Positions 16,401-20,000 of a stretch of 20,000 nucleotides of DNA are shown here, one piece after another; position 1 is the stretch's first letter; each line of letters begins with the position of its first letter. Position numbers and translations under genes: made by a program. Source of the stretch: an uncultured virus (IMG/VR IMGVR_UViG_3300030380_002570) (Duplodnaviria; Heunggongvirae; Uroviricota; Caudoviricetes); the IMG/VR virus record IMGVR_UViG_3300030380_002570. One strand, 5' to 3'. The notes below the pieces were generated by a model. It made no database searches. It was not told where the DNA came from and saw nothing but the letters and a program-made list of their open reading frames with translations.

Positions 16401-17257
16401 TCGACATCGGGGTCCTCCGTCTCTCGAAACACCCCCCGAAACGCAACGTTGCTTGTCGGTATTTCGTAGCGAACCTTGCCATCCAAGCTGGAGCGGTATG
16501 CCTTATACGTGTTAGCGCCGTCTTGTCTTTCCCACCCTTCCGAAGGGTCAAGACCGGCTTCCTCCAACATGGCAACCGTATCTTCCGCCTGCTTACCAGA
16601 CTTGCCGCTACCACTGCCAAAAATACCAAAGCTGGCTCTGGGCACGTCGCTAACCGCACGCCCAACAGCCAAAGGCGTCGTAGCCGATAAGAAGGCGTCA
16701 TATGGGTTGCCGGACATGCCCGTATCTGGGTCAATAACACGCTCACCACGCAAACTAGCAATGCCAGAAAGCTTTGCCTGATCCGACAACATTTGTGGAA
16801 CGCCTTGTAGCGTTTCTATTGCCTGTGCTCGTTTCTCCGGAGAGGTAATCAAATCCCCAGCAAAATCAACAGCTTGCGAGAAACCACGGGCCAAGGGCAT
16901 GTTTTCGCGGGCCTGCGGGCCTCTGCCTTCTTCCGGACGCATAAACACGCCGGGACGGATCGTCTCATCCGCACGCGATTCAAACTCATTAGTAACCGGA
17001 TTGAAAAACTCAGTGGCCGCGCCTAGTTGAGTTTCCGCAGGCAGGACCACTTCACGGCGACTTGTATCAAAAAGATCCGCCGCGCCACGAGCCAGAGCCG
17101 TGGGCAGACCAACGCGGTCAGATTCCATAGAAGCAGGGTACGCCTGTATCGCGTCACCAGTAGCCAGCAATTCTCGTATCTCAGGATCAAAGATATACTC
17201 TTGTTGATCTTCCGGAACCGGAATTAGCTTGCCGTACTCGTACTCGCGTTCAGCCAT
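13427..17257 (-). CDS. Large multidomain protein with an LPD23-like zincin (HExxH) domain and Pro-rich disordered C-terminus
   Basis: 1276 aa. DGKVRYEIP, FPELFDEYPQL, LLHEVQHAVQDIEG..GGAN and GEVEARNVQRR fit the large-polyvalent-protein domain 23 pattern as I recall it. AGGAG RBS; overlaps the terminase stop. Confidence 0.8.
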   Translation of the reverse strand: MAEREYEYGKLIPVPEDQQEYIFDPEIRELLATGDAIQAYPASMESDRVGLPTALARGAADLFDTSRREVVLPAETQLGAATEFFNPVTNEFESRADETIRPGVFMRPEEGRGPQARENMPLARGFSQAVDFAGDLITSPEKRAQAIETLQGVPQMLSDQAKLSGIASLRGERVIDPDTGMSGNPYDAFLSATTPLAVGRAVSDVPRASFGIFGSGSGKSGKQAEDTVAMLEEAGLDPSEGWERQDGANTYKAYRSSLDGKVRYEIPTSNVAFRGVFRETEDPDVELGKLLDPETRDQQRLEAMQGLRIRINKYNDKEYIHVPGFSDLDETQLNKYGFTKLDSKVGRDGLTKFPAPVLEQIVDFPELFDEYPQLRSIQIKPTPSLALFLKGAYNPDTKEISLASVPNTAEGRKEMMSTLLHEVQHAVQDIEGLYGGANTRMFEPTGFAERQTKNQNARKEVDKEIGDSLDNLVVTLDDPALKKPKTGLFGKIFELSSPTLPPRTQTGLAGADEERVRFVKRATIGYLRARAEEEEQLAAGELTVGERSRRELEDAIARRQQQLRDLGASEDEIADVETEYRGQAFRYGGSDREMIYLADELKKAGVKNSEKVAERIGNAFDEQIQKLRPILKEKEQIDEINSRSYEMYAGNPGEVEARNVQRRFEGIEEGEYLRHPSGELRPFTDKVPPAGMQTLDPEVTQGMVLPQGGLVYSLAEGRKGQPSFSIDDPNDPQMDLPGMGPPKPVPTEDPAANLLSMRDGMMGALRQDDLGSRKRSEIQASLNRVNQRIFRLRQEAGYPTDNLYANGGMVNTMKPRVTQGLTNLLNKYNTSGPLAGAGNVPRGTMPVQMSRGGRPDYTQFDRGDYVRSETPGMGPAMMNPGFGIDPEAIRAAIAASQSIPVEPSAAPIVSAPPPAQQQTAPFTPSPSPSPSPSPSPSQAVRPASGIVAGGPAPGAVEVMDTGDPYTSQAGIPQPDPVDVVQPPSPPVSIPPMLAPAPDLPPPVYQPPQPTEVTVPTEPMFTPPPIADTPDRPEPGMLSDAVVDFDISDEITPQTEGYATSRNMNIARTGDPFADAVEGEYQMPIYKPQVAAGSMPFLSVRYGRPETATDQPPPPPRSDQYSTGSFGRSVYAEELANWERKYGPVEEYQAPDTEAVMDDTPSASALTGTSSGTNFYPEPPPVRSGGGIGAITAYNAKKLVWEQKYGPVEDYYAAKEAAENDFINVYLSRQGEEAVANSMGYTVEQLRLINEDRRKLGLPPLGALNQFSDISVNPGSM
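13632..13840. repeat. 20-bp perfect direct repeat, 189 bp apart (coding duplication)
   Basis: TCCTCAACAGGGCCGTATTT at 13632-13651 and 13821-13840. Encodes the core of WE(R/Q)KYGPVE(E/D)Y twice. Confidence 0.95.
14448..14489. repeat. Hexamer microsatellite encoding (Pro-Ser)7
   Basis: GAAGGT, GAGGGT x2, GAGGGC, GAAGGC x3. Confidence 0.95.
14726..14741. promoter_or_regulatory. parS: Perfect parS-type palindrome (putative ParB-binding site) embedded in a CDS
   Basis: TGTTCCACGTGGAACA is a perfect 16-bp palindrome matching the chromosomal parS consensus TGTTNCACGTGNAACA. It is read as NVPRGT in the protein. Confidence 0.8.
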
Positions 17258-18722
17258 AGTATGCTCCTGCTGTGATGCTTACCGACTCATCACCTTCTTC
17301 CCAATCATCACTAGGCAACTGAACAAAGTTACCCTGCCGATAGCGCATCAGCGCCTGTGTGGTGCTATCCACCAAATCATCGTGAGTCCCATTAGGAAAA
17401 GCAGCGCATTCTTCCACCACTTCTTGCGCCCATGACTCGTCCGGTGCCCAAATCATACCAGCTTCAAACAACGGAGATATACTGTGTACCCTAGATAGCT
17501 TGTCATTTCCACGGCTGGGCGTAAAATTTACCACCGGAATGCCCAGTTGACGCAATTCCTGCGTCAGAGGGGTCCCTGACGCCTTCGCTTCCACAATAAC
17601 CGTCTCTGGTTCCCAGTATTTGTACTGATCTAACGCAACTTCTTTCAATTCTGGGAAATCCCACCGCCCTTTTTTCGCATCAAGCAGTATTAAATGCGCC
17701 GGACCACCAATTTCTTCAGGGTAAAACACGCCCCACGTCGTAATCGCACTGTAGTCAGCCGTTTCTCGCTTACTAAACGCCGTATCGTAGCTCTGAATCA
17801 CGTAATGAAGGTTCGGAATGTGGTCTTTTTCCCAAACATTCCACCATTCACGCTTCAAAATAGCCAAAGTCTCAGAAGTAGGGTTCTGCTGGTACTGCGC
17901 ATTCCACTGGTACGACGGAATCGACGCCTTAACCGATTCTAACTCCTCTTTTTTCCAAAATTCCGGCCAACATGGCTCACCAGACTCAAAAATTGCAGGT
18001 AATTCAAGGACTTCCCACTGATCTGCAAACGGATCTTTGGTCATTTGACGCACCAAATTGCCCGTCATGTCCTTTTCTGACCACCGAGTCTGGACCAAAA
18101 CAATAGCCCCACCCGGCTGGAGACGTTGTCGGGGACCCGCCGTGTACCACTCCCACGCATTCTCAAAACCACTCGCGGACATCGCCGTCTGCTCCGAGTG
18201 AGGATCGTCAATAATGATCAAATCACCACCACGTCCCGCCAAGTTCGACCCCACGCCCACCGCGTAGTACATACCACCCGACTTTGTGTCCCACCGGCCA
18301 GACGCTTTACTGTCCGCAGACAGCTTCGTATCGTCAAAAATCTCTTTATATTCATCGGTTTCTAGAAGGTTCTTCACCTTACGACCGAAGTTTACCGCCA
18401 GTTCGGTGGTGTGCGTGGCCTGAATGATCTTCATCGACGGGTTTCGACCAATCATCCACGCCGGAAACAAATAAGAAGCAAACTCACTTTTCGTATGACG
18501 CGGCGGCATGTTGATGATCAATCGCTTCAACTTCCCAGAGGCGATCTGCTCCATCTTCTCCGCGATCAAATGGTGGTGCCGACCCGCAATGAACTCCGGC
18601 CACATAGAGCGTACAAATGGTAAAAATTCATTCTGGCAAGTTTCTACCTTCTCCAATTGCTTCAAACGAAGCTCTAAGCGAAGTTTCTGTACGTCTGCAT
18701 CAGTCTGAGTATCAAGGTTCAA
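17250..18722 (-). CDS. terL: Terminase large subunit
   Basis: 490 aa, TTG start. Walker A-like MPPRHTKSE, Walker B LIIIDDP, coupling motif VQTRW, and RNase H-like nuclease motifs SYDTA and HDDLVDS. Confidence 0.95.
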   Translation of the reverse strand: MNLDTQTDADVQKLRLELRLKQLEKVETCQNEFLPFVRSMWPEFIAGRHHHLIAEKMEQIASGKLKRLIINMPPRHTKSEFASYLFPAWMIGRNPSMKIIQATHTTELAVNFGRKVKNLLETDEYKEIFDDTKLSADSKASGRWDTKSGGMYYAVGVGSNLAGRGGDLIIIDDPHSEQTAMSASGFENAWEWYTAGPRQRLQPGGAIVLVQTRWSEKDMTGNLVRQMTKDPFADQWEVLELPAIFESGEPCWPEFWKKEELESVKASIPSYQWNAQYQQNPTSETLAILKREWWNVWEKDHIPNLHYVIQSYDTAFSKRETADYSAITTWGVFYPEEIGGPAHLILLDAKKGRWDFPELKEVALDQYKYWEPETVIVEAKASGTPLTQELRQLGIPVVNFTPSRGNDKLSRVHSISPLFEAGMIWAPDESWAQEVVEECAAFPNGTHDDLVDSTTQALMRYRQGNFVQLPSDDWEEGDESVSITAGAYYG

Positions 18723-19116
18723 GGGGGACCCTATAATTTTCTATGGTGGTAAGTAACTCTGCCCAGTTAATAGGCTTGGTAAACGAGCCGTGGGCCACGG
18801 TCCGCAGGCCGTCTTCAAAGACTTCTATCGCTTGATCCGCCCGGTACAAGTACACGGTGTCATCCTTTTTGACCGCGATCCACGAGTTAGCGCCCCTGTG
18901 CCGGGTAGCAAAAGACACCTGATGCGGACTAAGCAACACCTTGTTACCTTTCGCTACCTTTAGCTCTAACAAGTGAAAGTTTTTCTTACGGTCGAGTAAC
19001 AATAGATCCGGTACGCCCGGCGTGCTGCTGTTCTCAATCCGCGTGCAAACTACATCAGTGTTGGATAGCCCCGTCTTGACTTGCTTCCAAAAGCTCGACT
19101 CTGTCTGGTTCGACAT
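18712..19116 (-). CDS. PD-(D/E)XK nuclease (VRR-NUC / Holliday junction resolvase-like)
   Basis: 134 aa. ESSFW, RIEN..TPGVPDL, LELKV and LSPHQVSF. Confidence 0.85.
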   Translation of the reverse strand: MSNQTESSFWKQVKTGLSNTDVVCTRIENSSTPGVPDLLLLDRKKNFHLLELKVAKGNKVLLSPHQVSFATRHRGANSWIAVKKDDTVYLYRADQAIEVFEDGLRTVAHGSFTKPINWAELLTTIENYRVPLEP

Positions 19117-19609
19117 CTATCACCTTCTCGCCAAGCTGGCGTTTTAGCTCATCCAAAGCTTTTTTGACCTCGGCTTTGCTCATTTGATCAATAGATCCAT
19201 GGCGAACCTCAGACTTACTGACGTAAATATCTCCCTGCGCTAGGCCACGGGCCTTCTCCGCTTGGACCGCAGCAGAGTATGCGCCCGCAGCTATAGCTTC
19301 ATCGCGGATGTGTTGCAGGTCGCGTATGTGCCTTGCGTAGCTGACCTCGTACTTTTCAGCAAGTTCGGCCCTTCGCTCTTTAAGTGCTTTTACGATGTGG
19401 GGTGATTTTCTAGGGTTGAGCATCTCGTAGGCACGCGTATGCGCCCCGCTGACACTAAACCCGGCTTCGACGGCCAAATTTCGTAACGTGTCTTGTCCCT
19501 CACGTGTGGCGACCAGTTCGACAAACTTGAGTTGCTTTCCGGTCAGCCGAGTATTTTCAGAGAGCTTTGGCCTGCCCCGTGTTTCGACTTTTTTCTCCAC
19601 CTCTGCCAT
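19055..19609 (-). CDS. terS: Putative terminase small subunit
   Basis: Probable start at MAEVEKK (19609). LTGKQLKFV...AVEAGFS...AYEMLNP is an HTH-like segment typical of TerS, followed by AYSAAVQAEKARG. Lies upstream of terL. Confidence 0.75.
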   Translation of the reverse strand: MAEVEKKVETRGRPKLSENTRLTGKQLKFVELVATREGQDTLRNLAVEAGFSVSGAHTRAYEMLNPRKSPHIVKALKERRAELAEKYEVSYARHIRDLQHIRDEAIAAGAYSAAVQAEKARGLAQGDIYVSKSEVRHGSIDQMSKAEVKKALDELKRQLGEKVIDVEPDRVELLEASQDGAIQH

Positions 19610-19644
19610 GCGCGTAATCCCATAAATGCGGCTTATTTTTGCGA

Positions 19645-19653
19645 AATATAGCA
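19645..19653 (-). promoter_or_regulatory. Possible extended -10 promoter element for the packaging operon
   Basis: Minus strand TGCTATATT (TGn + TATATT) in an AT-rich patch 35 nt upstream of the terS start. No convincing -35 element. Confidence 0.4.
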
Positions 19654-19701
19654 CTTTTTTTATTCAGTTAAAGCCATTTGTTTCAGGAGTGGGTTGTTTG
19701 C

Positions 19702-19984
19702 GTGAAACATGCTCTTACAGGCGTTGCCAGCCCGCGCACGCGGGGCGCGGATCGTGCTCGAAGATCGGCGGCGTTTTGGCCGGTTTTAGCCTCAATTCGA
19801 CGGGGGACCCTAGGCCATGGCGCGGGGATCACGGCTCGCGGTTCGCGGATCGATGCGCAGTTGCTGCGCTGCGCGGAGCGCGGATCGGGGGCCATCAATA
19901 CCGGATCAGGGGCCATGGAGCGCGGATCGCGGGGCGCGGTACGTTTGGCGCGGCGAACGGAAGGCGGGGCGCGGCATGTTTCAC
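19702..19984. repeat. 11-bp perfect inverted repeat (each arm contains a parS half-site) flanking the GC-rich region
   Basis: GTGAAACATGC at 19702-19712 and its reverse complement GCATGTTTCAC at 19974-19984. Confidence 0.85.
19815..19940. repeat. GC-rich degenerate heptamer array (18 in-phase 7-mers, rough consensus (T/G/C)C(G/A)(C/T)GGN)
   Basis: ccatggc gcgggga tcacggc tcgcggt tcgcgga tcgatgc gcagttg ctgcgct gcgcgga gcgcgga tcggggg ccatcaa taccgga tcagggg ccatgga gcgcgga tcgcggg gcgcggt. Confidence 0.85.
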
Positions 19985-20000
19985 TTTTTAAAAGACACAA

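Noticed and set aside
360..18708. Numerous plus-strand ORFs in the track (e.g. 406-723, 1045-1551, 5153-5401, 6931-7383, 13146-13628)
   Set aside because: They are antisense shadows of well-supported minus-strand genes, mostly mirroring repetitive codon usage, and show no recognisable motifs.
17250..18722. Intron or intein in terL
   Set aside because: The ORF is continuous, of normal length, and has ATPase and nuclease motifs at ordinary spacing.
19610..19654. Longer N-termini given by the ORF track for terS (also 4460, 7139 and 10258 for other genes)
   Set aside because: Downstream ATGs (19609, 4439, 7133, 10252) have better RBS spacing or more typical N-termini. The terS extension overlaps the putative -10 element.
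19626..20000. ORFs 19626-19991 (+) and 19683-20000 (-)
   Set aside because: They stay open because the GC-rich heptamer array lacks stop codons. The 7-bp period is not codon-compatible and the Arg/Ala/Pro/Gly-rich products look spurious.
1..20000. Stop-codon reassignment, tRNA or rRNA genes
   Set aside because: Genes are full length under the standard code and end in TAA, TAG or TGA. Intergenic gaps are short, and I saw no cloverleaf or rRNA-like sequence.

Overview
The window is the packaging and virion-morphogenesis module of a tailed dsDNA phage. Its gene order resembles uncultured marine proteobacterial phages (from recall, not a search). All credible genes lie on the minus strand and are tightly packed. 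In transcription order: putative small terminase, PD-(D/E)XK nuclease, large terminase, a 1276-aa protein with an LPD23-like HExxH domain, portal, small ORF, GroES-like co-chaperonin, scaffold, conserved hypothetical, minor and major capsid proteins, a terminator, decoration proteins, four small basic proteins, head-tail adaptors and tail/fibre proteins running off the left edge. The most notable signals not explained by this gene list are: (i) a perfect 16-bp chromosomal-type parS palindrome inside the large gene (14726-14741); (ii) a non-coding GC-rich in-phase heptamer array with 7 GATC sites upstream of the small terminase, bracketed by inverted parS half-sites; (iii) a recurring [M/Y]xxGG peptide motif shared by several unrelated ORFs; (iv) a structured leader that could hide the RBS of the gene after the capsid terminator. 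Family names are from motif recognition only; no database search was run.
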